Below are positions 26,107-40,972 of a stretch of 64,000 bases of DNA, one piece after another; position 1 is the first letter of the stretch, and every line of letters starts with the position of its first letter. Made by a program: the position numbers and the translations under genes. This DNA comes from Heptranchias perlo. Taxonomy: Eukaryota. The stretch is taken from assembly GCF_035084215.1 (NCBI RefSeq), contig NC_090365.1:6202001-6266000 (forward strand), in the 5' to 3' direction. The notes below the pieces were generated by a model. That model did no database searches. It worked only from the letters and a program-made list of their open reading frames with translations, and had not been told where the DNA came from.

Positions 26107-29100
26107 GTAAATGCATAGCAGCTGCACAGACTTTCCAATATGGCTTTGGGCTATTGAGCGCCACTCCTTAAACGTAAATCATCCCTTTTGTTTTTTCAAT
26201 TTGAAAATCTCACATTTAAAAAAATGGAAATGGTAGAAGACCAAAGATTGTTCTGGGAAAGCTTCAAAGGAAGTTCTGTATCCAAATATCAAACCTAATC
26301 TCACCAGCAACCCTCTCAATCACATCAGCATGGTCAAGGTCAGAACATTCACATCTCTGCACATATTGACCGAATTGTTTCAAACCCTTAACAGCCTAAT
26401 TGTAGAGCAGCTCAACAGCTTAAATCGAAACAAGGTGATAAAATGCAATGGCATCGCGAGACAGAATGCATTTATTTGCCATCACAGTAAAGTAAAACGG
26501 ATTAACTCAGTAATCATGATCGTATCAATGGGGAAAGCTCCCTCCAGAGCCGAATAGGTAGGAGCATACCCAATGTAAGCTATACAGACCAGAGTGTCAC
26601 AAGCCTCATCCCCAGGGCCAAGTTAGCTGAATTCAGATGGAGCAGTCGCTGGGCTGCTACGATGGGCAAACAGTCTGACACTCACCGTCTGGGCATACGC
26701 AACAAGAGGAGCCACTTGAGCAAGGCATCAGAGGGCACACACAGTCATTAAACAATACCCAGCAAGTGGCAGCATCCCAAAGACAGGAGAGGACAAAAGG
26801 AGTGGGGGGGGGAAAAAAAAAGTTGGGTAAATGACCTGGCTGATATCAGCTCATTCACCAAAGATCAAATTTGCTGGGCAGTATCACAACTCCTGGTCAG
26901 CTGCCTCCACAGTCAACTCACTGTTAAGTCTCATACATAAGCAATGGATGAGGTACTGGGCACACCCTCCACACATAGGACCAATCCAAACAAACAGTCC
27001 ATGTTATTGAGGGGAGGGGGAGAAAACGGACAGTTGTTAAAGAAAATTCAATGTTTATTTTTCCTTTTTAAACTAATCACTGAGTTTAGAACTACAATAC
27101 TATTTGTGTCTTCATTATTTAACTGAACATTAGAAATTAAAACATTTGTCTCTAGTTTACCACCTCTAAACTTTATGAAAACTGCGCATGCACATGGAAG
27201 TTAGCATAGTGCTGTAGGAACATATGAAACAGGAGGAGGCCATTCAGCCCCTCCAACCTGCTCCGCCATTCAATTAGATCAGGGCCGATCTGCACCTCAA
27301 CTCCATTTCCCTTGACACCCCTACTGCAGTGTAGGGGCATTCAAGTCCGTCCCTCCCAACCATTCCTTGAAGCTCAATACATCTTGAGCACAAACATGTC
27401 TGGGGACAGTATGGAAAGCATGTGAAATTCAACTCTGCAGCAAAATAGCACCAAAAGGTTAAAAAAAGTACAGCAAAGGAAACCAGTGCTTACAATAAAC
27501 CCAACACTTTTACTGTAAACAGCAATTCACAAACAAATTAAAAGAAAAGGATTGCTACAATGAGGCAGGCATCTGTAAAAATGGTATTTAAAACTCAATG
27601 TGTCATACACCCCAAGGTCAAAGATAAAAATAGCTGAACTCTGAAGTATAGATGGCACAGGCGCATGCTTGAGTGAAATGTAATTACATTTTACCCAACA
27701 GTCAAGTTTTAAACATATTCTAGAGATAGCATTGTGCAAAGCTGAGCCTTAAATTTCATTTTAAGTACTATGATATAATGTATTTAAGTCTCTAGACTGG
27801 GACTAAAAATAATCACAAATATGCATTTTTGTGTTTGTCACCACAGGCCACAAAATCACAAACTAAATTTTAAAAATGTCACGAACACGAGAAGTGGCAG
27901 AAGTGCTGACATATTTAGTTTAGAAAGTGCCGCACGCTTGTTGCTGTTTATCAAGAAGGTCGTGCCCTAATTTAAAAACTAGTTCACGGACCGACTCCAA
28001 TGCTGTTCCTCAACAAATTGCTACAGTGCGAGAAGGTGACACCTAAGTTTATTTGCCTTGCAACTTTCCTCCCTAGGAGGGGATGCATGACCTGCGTTGG
28101 CTGCCTGAGTATTGACATGGTCGGAGAAGTTGGTTTGGAGCAGAGGCAGAACCAGACAGTATGAATCAGGGTACAGAGTTGAAGCTGAAAGTTTAACCAT
28201 CATGTTTACACAGTCAGATGCAGCAAATTCCAACTAGGTCAGCCCATTAGGTTACCTGCTTTTACAACGTATTTCTTTGCAGTTTCGTTAATAGAAACAT
28301 TGACAGACTCCCCTAATAGCTCAGCGAGTGAATTAACTATTTTGCACAGCACAGCACCATATATACCAGGAGTAGCCCAGGTTTGTGTGGAGTTAGCCAA
28401 TCTCATCTGCAGCAGCAGTGGGGATGCTTTAGCTCATTTTGGCATCCCTAGTCTAAGGAGAGGCAAGATCAGGCAGGGCTCCTGCTCAAAGAACATTGTG
28501 ATTTTCTTTCTGTTTGTACTCAGAATATTCCCAGCTCTAAAGGAGGGTCTGAAGGGGCTAATCTTGGCTTGCTTTCCTCTATATCACTGTGCTGAATTTC
28601 ACAATTGTCGTCACAGGTGACCCCTGCAGAAAAGTGCGTATCTGTGGATGCCAGGTAAGGACAACATCAAGCCCAACTGTGATTGCCCCCACAATCAAAG
28701 ATCTGGCCGAGATTCGTCACAAGGCCACTGGTTTGCGATGACTGAATAAGTCAAATTCCATTAATACATGGGATTACCGGATTTTCACCATGTTTTAGAG
28801 ATAGTATTCTATGAGCCCATACAGTTTTCTCTGAAAACTACAAATCAGAGTCCTTGCTAATATATGAAGAATGTACACTTGGTTTAAGGCACCAGAGAGC
28901 TAGTGCAACCTATGGAACTGTACAGTTGCATCCAAGACAGACAAAAAGGAGGGGGAAAAAAAAGGATACCAAGGATTTTTGAAATCTGTTTACCAATGTC
29001 CAGAACTCTCAATCAAGAAAAATTATAAAAATGCTACTAACTACACAAAATCAACATTTGAAAAAATATGCAATTTCATAAATAAAAAAGGTGCTATATA

Positions 29101-30464
29101 TCAAATTAAAAGGCTGCTTTACAGCTATATTTGTGTGAAGTTCTCTTTCAGTAGCGTTAGAGATCCCCTAACAGAGGAGGAAAATCCCAAGAAATTTGCA
29201 CTTAAGCTAGCCCTCCAAGACCAAGGTAGAAGTCTATTATTAAAAGATAACAATTAAGAATCAAGGGGGCAAGAAAAATAATTGTAGGAAGGAGGAGACA
29301 AATCCAGGACTCACCACAACCATTATGGTAAGAGGAACAAAAGGAAGGAGTAAGAAATCTAGATCAACCTACCTCCTGCCACATCCCACCATGTCAGTCA
29401 CTGGAGTAGCCCAAGAACTTCTCACAGCCCAAGATAGCACATCAAGCCCTGCAAACTGTACTGCAGGAATAGAAACTATATTGCAGAGTTTCAGTCACAC
29501 TTAACGGGAAAACATCCTTAGGTTGAGACATTAAACCTGCCTGCTCAGGTGGACATTAAAGATCCTAGGGTACTACGTGATGAGGAGCAGAGTGTTCTCC
29601 TGTTGTCTTGGCCAATGTCCCTACCTCAATCATAATCAAAAAACAGATTAATTGATCATTAATCGAATCATCATAAAATATTTGAAAAGTCTGTAGTGGT
29701 CCAACGAAAAGGTCGCAAGACCATGGCAGCTGTCTGAGTACAATGATTGCAATGTCCTATCCTCATCGGATATCCACATTTACTTTCCTGCAGGAGTCTC
29801 TGCCCAGGGGCACTTGACTGGAACACTGCTACCAAGTTGGTAGAAACACCTAACTTGACAGACCAAACTTGGGACCTTCTTGATCTATATAGATGTGATA
29901 TGTTCCCTTTGCCATCTGAGCCATTTGGGGAACTGGTGACAATGCTGGGTCAATTTAAATTTTCAAGGTGCATAGATTTTTTTTGAGTAAGGGTATGAAG
30001 AGATATGGAACAAAAGTAGGTACATGGAGAGGTACAGATGAACCTAGATCTAACTGAATGGCAGAACAGGCTCGAGGGACTGAATTACCTACTCCTGTTC
30101 CTATGTTCCAATCTCAATAAAAACTAGAATCCTGACAGAAGGTAAAGCTACAGCTTATATTCTCAAAGTCAATCTTCTAAATGTTTATAATTAGCACACA
30201 CAGAAAGGACATTTCAAAATCTGTAAATAAGGTGTAGAGTTACATTTAGTCAAAGCACTGTTATCACTCTACAGGCCCATTATCTTTCACTAAAACCCTC
30301 TCTCACTGCCAGCTGATCAATCAACATTTGTGAAATTAGCATTCTTTCCATCACAAGACTGAGCTCTATGGAAAGCTCAAGCCATCCATATCTGTGGAAT
30401 CTCAAAGATTATCTGCATAGGCTGAAGAAGCAGACTCCAAGAGTGTACTCAGGAACTGTTATGG

Positions 30465-30856
30465 GGAGTTCTCCAAGCGTCTTGGCCAACATTTATCCCT
30501 CAACCATCATCACTAAAAAGATTATCTGATCATTTATCTCATTGCTGTTTGTGGGACCTTGCTGTGCATAAATTTGCTGCCAAGTTTGACTACATTAAAA
30601 CTGTGACTGCACTTCAAAAGTATTTTGTTGGTGGTGAAGTGCTTTGGGACCATCCTGAGGTCATGAAATGCGGTATAAAACACAAACATATACTCCTAGA
30701 AGTAAAGGGAATTAGGGGTTACGGGGAGCGGGCAGGAAATTGGACATGAATTTAGATTTGAGGTTAGGATCAGATCAGCCATGATCTTATTGAATGGCGG
30801 AGCAGGCTCGAGGGGCCGATTGGCCTACTCCTGCTCCTATTTCTTATGATCTTATG
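30465..30856 (+). mobile_element. DeuSINE 3' half followed by a CR1 3' tail
   Basis: cttggccaacatttatccctcaacc...gctttgggaccatcctgaggtc, then gatcagccatgatcttattgaatggcggagcagg...cttatgatcttatg. Confidence 0.7.
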
Positions 30857-33800
30857 CATATGAATACTTTTTCCAAAGAGAATGACTCCTCAGTCACTCC
30901 AATTAAAATATCTACATTTTAAATTTACCACATGACTTAAAATATAAGCACTCTCCTACCAAGACGACAAATCTTCCTATTTAACAAGACAACATGAAAT
31001 TTCAGGTAAGGAATTCACTGGACAGCCACACAGCTCATGCTGTGCTGCCACAAGGATTTTAATTCGGACTGATGGTAAACGTCAAATTGTGTGTCCACTT
31101 TGACTGTGAAACACCCAGGAGTACAGTTAGTTTACAGATTGTGTAATTTGAGCTACATAATACAATAGTGAAGTACTAGTGGTTACAAATCTGTCACTTG
31201 ATGGCAGTGCTGGGAGCAATTTGAGATGATGAATTAAAGAACAGCACAAGAAACATATTGGCTGAAATGACTCTCCCTATAGCTTATTGGCACCAATATG
31301 CTAAATAAGCCTAGTTACAACACTCAGGGGTTGAATCAGCAAGCAGCTACATTCATTCATTGGGGAGCATCTTTCATCTTTGAATGGTGTTCTAATAGCG
31401 GTCATTTTGTAATTCAGTTTCAGCCAATTACTGTTGCATACTTGTTTAAAAGAGGCCGAGACTCTCCAAGGGTATAGAACACAATTCAAATGGTAAGATA
31501 AACAGCTCCAGCCTTGCTCTTATAGTGTAGGATATCTGAACCCTACAAATGCATTAGAATCCAGTTTTCCAAAAAGATCACGGTTTGTTAAATATTAAAG
31601 GCAATAATAAAACTCCAGATCCTACCGGAATTGCTCAGTACCTACTGGGTTAAGATCTTGAGTCAGTTTTGACTGTGTGGGGATCTGCAGATCAGAGTTC
31701 CAGTGCTGTAATTTCATTTCACTGTTATTACCCTTTACAGTCTGTACTGCAGGGTGAGGTACAAAGTCATATAGTCACAGGTTGGATTTCTGGTCAGTGC
31801 TGAGTTAGGCAGCAGTTGGGGTGCTACAATTAGCCTAGACACCCCTAGGCCAGGATTCTTGCTCCTGCTGGAAGGTTCACATGTGAATGAGATGCCCCAG
31901 CCCCTTTCCCTGGTTGAATAACCGAGTCACCTATGCTATACCTGACCAATGGCCACTTGGATGAAGTACCAGAGGGCTGCTGGCACCCTGGAACTACTGT
32001 AGCAAGAAAGAATTCAAAACCTTCCGCGTATCTTCTAATACTCACTGAAGCTGCAGAATTTCGGTCTTACACAGACTAGCTTTGTATAAGCCATAACTTT
32101 ATGAAAGCTATAATTTTTTTCTTTAACAGGGTTTAAGTTTATGATGTAGAAGGGTCACCAAGCACATCAAGATTTTCAAACTATCCCGTACAAAAATCCC
32201 ACAACCGTGCAGACATCTGGTGGGTGCCCAGATTGAAAATTGGTACCAGTCACCAGTCTGTTAAGTCGTTTAGACTCTTGGCCTACAGGAGATTAAGAAC
32301 AACAGCATTTTGTGCAGTGACTACAGTTTAAAGAGATAGACTGGGGGGGGGGGGGCGGAGGAGAGAGAAAGAGAAAGAGAGGAGGATGGATTTCAGACAT
32401 TTGCACAGCACAAACAGGACAAGTTAATTTTTTGGCTGCCAATGTCTGAAATGAGCATTTTCAAAAATAAGTAATTTCCTGTCATGACGCACTGTAGATG
32501 TACATTGTAATGTACAGAACAGAACCATGCTTGAGGAAAATTCTCTTGGCCAGACAACTGTGGATAACCATTGAATGTTTCCTGACAGACCACAACAGCA
32601 AAAACGTACCCTCCTGACTCAAGTCCTTTTTACGCTGACCTATATTTTTCTGTCTCAATATGTGCATACATCTTATTTTTATATAAAGGACAGTTCTTTC
32701 AATGGTTCAACTGAAAAGTGTAGTGCAAGGTGTGGTACGGAACCAGGAAGGTCCAAGTTTCAATTCTTGGTTCCTGCTTAGCTAATAGATCAGGAGTGGG
32801 GGTCTACAATGGACTTCAGTACCTCCATTCTAGAGAGAGGGGGTGGGGGCAGCCTTGATTTTTCAATTAATCTTCATTACCCTGCACTCCCTAGTTTTCT
32901 CCTGTCCTTACAAAGGTTTAGATTCTTGCTGGGATATACACTAGAATGATGGCCACTTGGACAAGGTAGTGAGAGTTACTAGAGTTGATAAAATCTGTAC
33001 CCTAGCTACAGTAACCACCTTCAGGAAACAAGTGGAGAAAACTTGAGGCAGGATAGCAGGGTGGGGGGGTAAGATAAAAGTAAGAATATGATTTCAATTT
33101 AAAATCTTGAGCTGAAGTTACAAAACTTGAAAGTTTAGACAGTAGTTGAATAGCAATGGAAGCATAAGGGATATGGCTCATTTCGCTCCACCTCCAACAC
33201 GTCATTTGGATACAATTTAAGAATAAATCCGTAAGAAAGCCAGAGAAAGGGTTAACCACCATGATTCTTTTCAAAAGGCAAGATTGAGAAAACAATCAAG
33301 CTATTGCAGAGGAACCTGTGAGTGACAATTTATCCAAGTTGCCATCCAGTGCTGCTCTCTACAAGACCATAGTATGTCAGTGGGTGCAGTTAGCCAGTGG
33401 AGAGCTGCAGCAGTTGCTCAGTGTCACTGCAATGTTTTCAGAAATGCCATGGGTCCTTTGAGTTTAATCCTACAGATTGCGTAAGGATTGGGAGGGAGGC
33501 GAGGACCAGAAGAAATTTAGGGAAAAAAATGAAAACCACAAACCAGTCTGTTTTGCTTCCTAACATTTTGCAATTCAATCTGAACATCCCATCAATTCCA
33601 TCTGAATCTCCTTCACTCTCTGCCTCCCACACATTTATCCCAATAGGGAAGGGATAAATGAAAAAGGTTGCATTAAGGCTGTAAATTCAGAAGTATTTCA
33701 AATTTATACCCTCTTTATATTATAGGACCACTTCCTAAAAAGTAGCTGTATACAATATCCAGGGTGTCTGTTGCTTTAAATATGGCAGATCGCAGAGTGC

Positions 33801-36269
33801 TGCAACAGCCTGAGCATTCAGAAAGGAAAAATATCTGAGCAGTGAACTTAGTGGAATGTTTAACACAGAGCAGAAGTGGGTGAGGCCAAAGTTGAGGTCA
33901 AAAGGGTTTTTAAAGGAAGCTTTTGAAGGCAAAAACACGTGGCAACTTGGGTTTGCTACCAGAGGCCCTTGTGAGGTACCAGACTTACAGAAATTCAACT
34001 TCAAACTCAAATTTGTGTCACCTACTGCTCAATATTTAGGGTAAACGTCAAAGTTTCTTCGCATCAAACAGAACCAAGCAACATAGAAAAAATGAACTGA
34101 AAATTAAGCTCATTCCAGGGAGATCAGCAACTGAGCGGTCAGGGTGAAGACTCAATTCTGATTCCTGCTAAATGCCACTTTCTGCTAGTTAGAAAGGGAC
34201 TGCAGTGTTATCACTGGGACCATTTAGCATAGAGATACTCATGCCATAGGAAAAATTGCACAAATCAATGTTTTAATATTATGTGATATTCTCAATTCAT
34301 CAGTTCAAACTGTTGCCACCACTCACTATCTGTGACAGATCTGTAACCATCAGTATTTTACCCTGTTACATAGTTCAATGTGCTCTCTCCAAACACAACC
34401 TAAGATTGGAAAGGAAAAATCTAATTGTACGGACAGAAAGTCTGAAGTAGAAACAGAAAAGTCTGGAAATACACAGCACGTGTGTCAGCATTTAACAACA
34501 GAAAAAGCACGAGTGGTTACGTGGGAGAGAGTCTGTTCTGATGAAAGGTCTCTATTCGAAATGCTAACCTAACTTTTCTCTTGTCAAACAGTGATGGATC
34601 CGCTGCCCATTATTTCCTCTTATTTTTATTATATCGGATAGATGTTTTCCATTCATTTGGACACGGTGTGAAAAGATCTCCCACCCACCATTAGGCTTTA
34701 CTGAAATCCTAGTGAGAACATGGGACCTGTGACTGTTACATCCTTGCAGCATGCAGAGTAGAACTCCTAACTTAGGTTTCATTACTTTAAATGCCAAAAG
34801 CTTCAAAGTGGTTCATAAGACCAAAAAAATCCCAACAATAGGCTAAAGGATTTGATAAAGACTAAAGTATCAATTATATTTAATCCAACAATAACACGAG
34901 ATTTAAAATCCAAGCATCATTTTCAACAGAAACTCCTCCAACAGCTCAAGTAAATGAACAGAGATTGTACCAACAAACCACAGAGATCAGGAAGGTTTCA
35001 TCACTGGCCTGTGCCAAGTTAGGTGATTTTAATAAAGGCAGTAATGAGGAGGAGGTGGGGGTTGCTACAATTAGACCCACTATTGCCAGGATCTCTGCTC
35101 CTGATCTCTATTCAGCAATCTTTGTATGGATAGGATCAAGGTTGGCCATGAAGTCCTTACAGTCAAATCATACTTACTAGCACAGTTTGCACATGAATGC
35201 TGTATGCTCAAAAGAACTTACTACAAATTCTCTCTCTAACTGAATGCATCAAAATATCTTTTGATACCCTGTTCATCCTATAAGCTGTTCATCACATCAT
35301 TAAAACATTTCAATCTGGTTCCAACAGTTGCATAATTTTAAAACATTATTTAATGACACCGCTTTTAATGTTGAATAATGGAAATGACAGGCAACTGACA
35401 AGATGAAGTCATCACATTATCGGGCTTATGAATGGTAACCGAATCCTTGCAGATAAACAAGACAGTCTAGTCCATCAACTGCACTGTATCAAGGAGCAAA
35501 GAATTACGGATTACAATGAACGAGCAAGAAGAAATTAAAACATAATATACGGAAACTTTGCACCAATAGCCTTCAGAGTTGACATGACAGTTTTGCAAGG
35601 AATCGCAGTGCAACACATACATTAAACTGCCTTCTTTTGAATTACAACTTGGTCGAGTCATCAGAAAATAAGCCTCTGAATAATTTTGCCCTGGAGTGTT
35701 TAGCTCTGAAGTCAAATTTTAGTAATCAATCCAGATGTCAAAAAAATTGGAGCCAAGCCATTTAAAATTTTTTATAGATTACTAAGATTCGAGAAACCAA
35801 CAATGCTGAGATTTTACATGATCTCCCACGCCCAGCATTCTCCCCTTCTCTCCTGAAGGCATGGACTCATGCTGGGATACATGACCAGAGACACCAGCAG
35901 CCCTCTGGTACCTTACACAAGATGGCTCTTCCAATGAAGAACCTCCATGAGCGTCAGGGGGCCCTCTGTTTAGAGACCATCAAAGCAAAACCTGATCCCT
36001 CATTCTCATTTGACGTCCACACATGTATTTTCTAGTAACGAGTCAATGGATGGTGAACAAGAGCGGGAAAGCCAGCTGGTTTTCTCCCCTCTTTAGCTCA
36101 AGGGTAGTACCCCAAATGCTTCCCTAGTCGAGATCAGCTCTTGCAGCAGAGATTAGAAATAGAATTTTGCCTCTTAATATTGCACTATGTGGTTCCTTTA
36201 CCCACTAGGCAAAATAGGAGCCTTAGATTTTGCATATCAAAGCCAAATGCAAGGGATACAGGCTAAAAG

Positions 36270-36722
36270 GGCATCAGCCGTGGCTCAGTGGTAGCATTCT
36301 CACCCGAGTCAGAAAGTCATGGAATCAAGCCAACTCCAGAGACATGAGCACATAATCTAGGCTGACACTTCAGTGCAGTACTGAGGGAGTCCTGCACTGG
36401 TGGAGGTGCCATCTTTCAGATGAGATATTAAATCAAGGACTTGTCTGCCCTCTCAAGTGAACATTAAAGATCCCATGGCATTATTTGAGGAGCAAGGGAG
36501 TTCCCCCAGAGTCCTGGCCAATATTTACCCCTCAACCTATATCACAAACAGATTAGCGGGTTATTTATCTCATTGCTGTTTGTGGGATCTTGTGCACTAA
36601 TTGGCCGCTGCGTTTCTCCACATTACAACAGCGACTACACTTCAAAAGCACTTAATTGACTGTGAAATGTTTTGGGATGCCCTGACATTATAAAAAAGCA
36701 TTACAGAAATGCAAGTTCTTTC
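36270..36722 (+). mobile_element. Full-length tRNA-headed DeuSINE (SacSINE1/AmnSINE1-like)
   Basis: A-box TGGCTCAGTGG, Deu-domain-like ggtgccatctttcagatgagatattaaa...gatcccatggcattattt...ttgctgtttgtggga, and an L2-like tail. Family assignment is from recalled consensus. Confidence 0.75.
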
Positions 36723-39089
36723 GCTTCTTAAAAGTGTAAAGATGATGAATTATGCATTAAATGTGGCACACCGAGTATGCAGAATGTGTGATCACACAAA
36801 CAAGATCAACCCTTTCACTGTATACAGTTATATATAAATAGGCACTTTTGTACTTTTTTTTGTTCTGGTCTTGGGAGAGCAACTTCAGTGCACCTTTATC
36901 CCTCCTTTAGACTGCACCTTGTTTTCTTGTAAGCCCAGAGACCAGCGTTGGGGCACAGCTGGGAGAAGTGTGGCATGGCCAGGGAACCTGATGCTGAGCT
37001 GGCCACCTGCTTATGCCGTGATGCTATTTTGCATCATAACGTGTATTGTAATAGACTTGAACTCTCAATGCATTTAGCAGGCCGAAGGCAGAGGTAATTT
37101 CTTCAATGGGAGATCCACAAGAAAGGTAGGTTGGGTCATTTATACACAAGTTCAGCAAGTACCCATTTTCTGTCTGCTACACTCCAGGAGCAAAAAGATG
37201 CTAGTTATATAGCTCAAATTATTCTCCTATGTAAAAGAAGGGCAATATTGAAGGACAACAACATTCAGTGTTTTAAAATAAAAATGCCGTCTCTATCTGA
37301 AAGTTCCCATGAGATGTGAGTTTGGGCAGTCTCAATCCAGTACTTAGTAGCATCAATACAAAACCAGCCCCGATTCAGCACTAAATTAGCATGGTCACCC
37401 AGAGGATGCAGAACAGAGATGGCAAAAATTCTCACGCTAAGGATGAGGCAGAGTAGAGCCTGAGTTAAGCCTGAGTGCATAATATGAAAAGTATTCCATT
37501 CCCAGGTTTCTAAGTCTAAAAACTGATGGCTGCTTATATCTGCTACGCATCCATAACAGCGATTACTAAAGCACTCCAGTCCAAGCCGGCTCACTAACTC
37601 ATTCAAAAAAAAAATGAAAGGGGCACAATAGAAACCCCATGTAGTTATGTAAAGCCAAGAGTGCATCAAGTTCAAAAGCTGTGTGTATATTATATAGATT
37701 ATATATACACAGATCTTACGCCATCAGCAGGTTCAGAAAAACTTGTGTCTCCCTGGGCTAACCAGTTTTGTTTTCAGGTGATGCAATGCAACATCACAAT
37801 GATAAAGCTACGCAAAAAATCAGATTGATTACGGCAATGCTAAATGAAATATTAATTTTTAAAATTAATTTTACTGTGGTAACTATATGAAGTCCATAGC
37901 CAGTCTGAATGAAACACAGCTTACTTGGGCTGAAAACTTCTGCTTTGGCAAAATCAAAGTGCACAGCTAATAACTAAAGATGAGAAATGCATCTGTGCAT
38001 TCAATACCTGAAAGACTAGGCTGAAATGTAGAGGGAGTATTCTACCATGCCATTCTATCTACCCCCAGCCAGAGTGGAGAAACAATGTTTACAAGGCCTA
38101 GCAGCAGTGTGACTTTAAGGGTGAACTCTGTATGATGCTTCTAGATACCAATTAGTCAGGCAGTACTGGGCTTCATGTATTTTGTGTCACCAAAATAATG
38201 ATGGACTGGATGATCCGGAGAGATCGAAAGGTCTAGTCTATCAATCTCCCACAACAGCTTCAATTTGACAAGATGGTATACACAATTCACCACTGATGCT
38301 CAGTCACAGAAAGGTTTTGTATGTCAACTCTATTTCTTAATATGCACTTTAAAGTTATTACTGTACTGTCTGTACGACAGACATCCTACATTAAGGATAC
38401 AGAATCAATGCACTGGTCAATATAGAATCAACTGTCTGAAATGATGCATTTAAGGGGAAGCTCGATAAACACATGAGGGAGAAAGGAATAGAGGGTTAGG
38501 CTGATGAGCTTTATTCATCTAACCCTGTGTGGAGCATAAACACAGGAATGGACCAGTTGGTCTGAATGGCCTGCTTTTGTGCTGTGTACATTCTTACATG
38601 CTATGTAATTCTGTGTAAATATCCATTATCCGACTGCATATCAGCATAGAGACAGATGCTGCAAAGTCATGGTGTATTAAAAAACCTCAATTTTGCTCTA
38701 CCAACAGCTCAACCAGTAAATGTACTAGCCAGTGTGGAACCGAGTCATACAGACAGGAAAATTCCAAGTTTGATCAACAGCAGGTGCTAAGTTAGCTGCT
38801 CTCAACTAGACCACCACTGGAGCATGGCAAGCAGCCTCCATGTCCTTGGGCTAGAGAGGACAATACTGTCATGGCTCCCACTGCCAATCGTTACCCAGTA
38901 ACCCCTGCTGAAAAATACACAGGCGTGGGTGCAGAGTGAAGATGGGATTGAGCTCATCTGTGATGTCCGTCACTACTTGCTGTCAGGCTTACACATGAAG
39001 GATGGCTTCTTTGGCAAGGTACAGAGCATCGTACCAACGTAACCATCTCTGGCAGCAATCACCAAGAAGAAAATTAGAAAATAAATATT

Positions 39090-39445
39090 TCAGGGTCTAG
39101 ACAGATTAGATAGAGAGAAACTGTTCCCATTGGCAGAAGGGTCAAGAACCAGAGGGCATAGATTTGTGAGTGGCAAAAGAACCAAAGGTGACATGAGGAA
39201 AAACTTTTTTTTTACTACACACAGCGAGTGGTTAGGATCTGGAATGCACTGCCCGAGGAGGTAGTGGAGGCAGATTCAATCATGGCGTTAAAAAGGGAAC
39301 TGGATAAGTACTTGAAAGGAAAAAAATCGAGGGCTACGGGGATAGGGCGGGGGAGTCGGATTAGCTGGATTGCTCTTGCATAGAGCCGGCGCGGACTTGA
39401 TGGGCTGAACGGCCTCCTTCCGTGCTGTAACCTATGATTCAGAGA
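39090..39445 (+). mobile_element. CR1 3' fragment
   Basis: Same subfamily as 3425-3857 (agaaccagagggcatag...ctggataagtacttgaaagg...tgctgtaacctatgattc). Confidence 0.8.
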
Positions 39446-39957
39446 TTCAGGAGTGTAGCCTGCTTCAGTATACCAAAATTATTATTCTTATTGGGTATGT
39501 TCTCTGAGCTGTAAATTATATTGAATGTTTTTAAATCTTATCTATGGCAAGGTAGCTGGACTCTCAATAAGCTAGCCTTACATGCTTCTACTTTTTTTCA
39601 CTATTGTTGGCAAATCAGTTTGCAAAGCTCCCCCTCTACCACTAGCCGAATCCCCACATTATACAATCATTGGGACATCCCCAAGGTATCCTCTATGGCC
39701 TTCAGTGATGGTTAGCGTACAATTTTCACACAAAGACCAACATTCGGATGCTGCACTCAGCTAATTCTACACAGACCAGGGATCATACCTCGGCCCTTCC
39801 TAATGGCTCATTTACTCGCTGCCATTATCAACTGAGCTATCAGGAGAGCGCCCAGCTCTCTTATTAAATCTCCCTTGTTAAAAAAAAATCAGGGAATCAG
39901 AATTTGAATTATTCTATAAATTCTACTATGGGGCCCAGGTTGGCTGAACCCACTCAC

Positions 39958-40153
39958 CAGCATCATTGGCCTCTCCCTCCAGTATGTGGATTTCGGTGCA
40001 GTCGGCCAGCGAATGCTCCAAGCAGATCTGAAGAAATCGGGCCTGGGTCCGACTGACCCTCTTCAGTAGAGACAAAAGGGCTACTGTCTGCTCACATTCA
40101 TTCCATCCCTTAAACCACCCAGCTAACACGCCAACTTGATCTCGAAACATCAT
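39958..40153 (-). CDS. SAMD4B: Smaug homolog (SAMD4B-like), first coding exon, 196 nt
   Basis: Translates [52 protein letters not shown], the conserved vertebrate SAMD4 N-terminus. Ends at a GTGAG donor (ctcac 39953-39957), phase 1. Confidence 0.95.
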
Positions 40154-40483
40154 GATCGCAAGCCTGCACGATTATCTGTTTCTCTTTTTCTCGGGCTCCA
40201 ACACGACAGAAGAACGTCACATGTTTTCAGTCTGGGTAGTTAAGATTATTGTCTTTGTAACAGTCAGTGCCTTTTCTGTCAAAACATTTTTTGGGTGATA
40301 CGAGTACTTTTTTCCTTCTTCCCCCCACCCCCCCCCCCCAGATACAATAGTTCAGGAGAACCACGGTCAACACTGGCAATTCAATGGAGAAACAACTTCA
40401 GGCAACTTCTGACAGGAGACCGTTGGAAGCTCTGCACTTGCTTATTTTTCCTTGTTTCTTGCAGTTAGGGTTTCTTGTCGTCA
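40154..40483 (-). other. SAMD4B: 5' UTR portion of the SAMD4B start-codon exon
   Basis: A strong minus-strand acceptor, ttttttttgtttgttttaaacAG (CAG at 40484-40486), lies 330 nt upstream of the ATG. Confidence 0.6.
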
Positions 40484-40972
40484 CTGTTTAAAACAAACAA
40501 AAAAAAGGTATAAAAAATATAGAAATAACAAACACACATTTTTAAGCGTACTTTTGCTCCAATTTTCCACAGTCCCCTTTTTTCCCTTCCCCATCCTCTT
40601 GGCCACAGTCCGTGCAGCCCACCCTGCACCCAGGTCTCTGCCAAAACTGCTCTGAATGCACCACTAAGCAGTAAACAAGGGCAGCCTGGGAATTAGTCTC
40701 TCTTTCCCAAAGTGATGCAGCTAAAATTAGAAGCCAGCAGAGTGAGAAAATTTTAATCTGACCCCCACTATGCGGTTCAACTTTCACTCTCTTTCTACCT
40801 TCCCCCACCCCCTTCCCACATAACCTGGTTTGGAAATGCCCATAAGCTGCTTGGCACAACCCCACAGCAACATACAAGATGGATTAACACAGGTGTGTGG
40901 AGCAGAATTGTGGGCAGCAACTCATATCTTACTACTTGGATGTACCCTGTTGCTCACTATATCACTGACACT

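Noticed and set aside
36270..36345. tRNA gene (also 40973-41045)
   Set aside because: These A/B-box-like heads belong to SINEs; no complete cloverleaf is evident.
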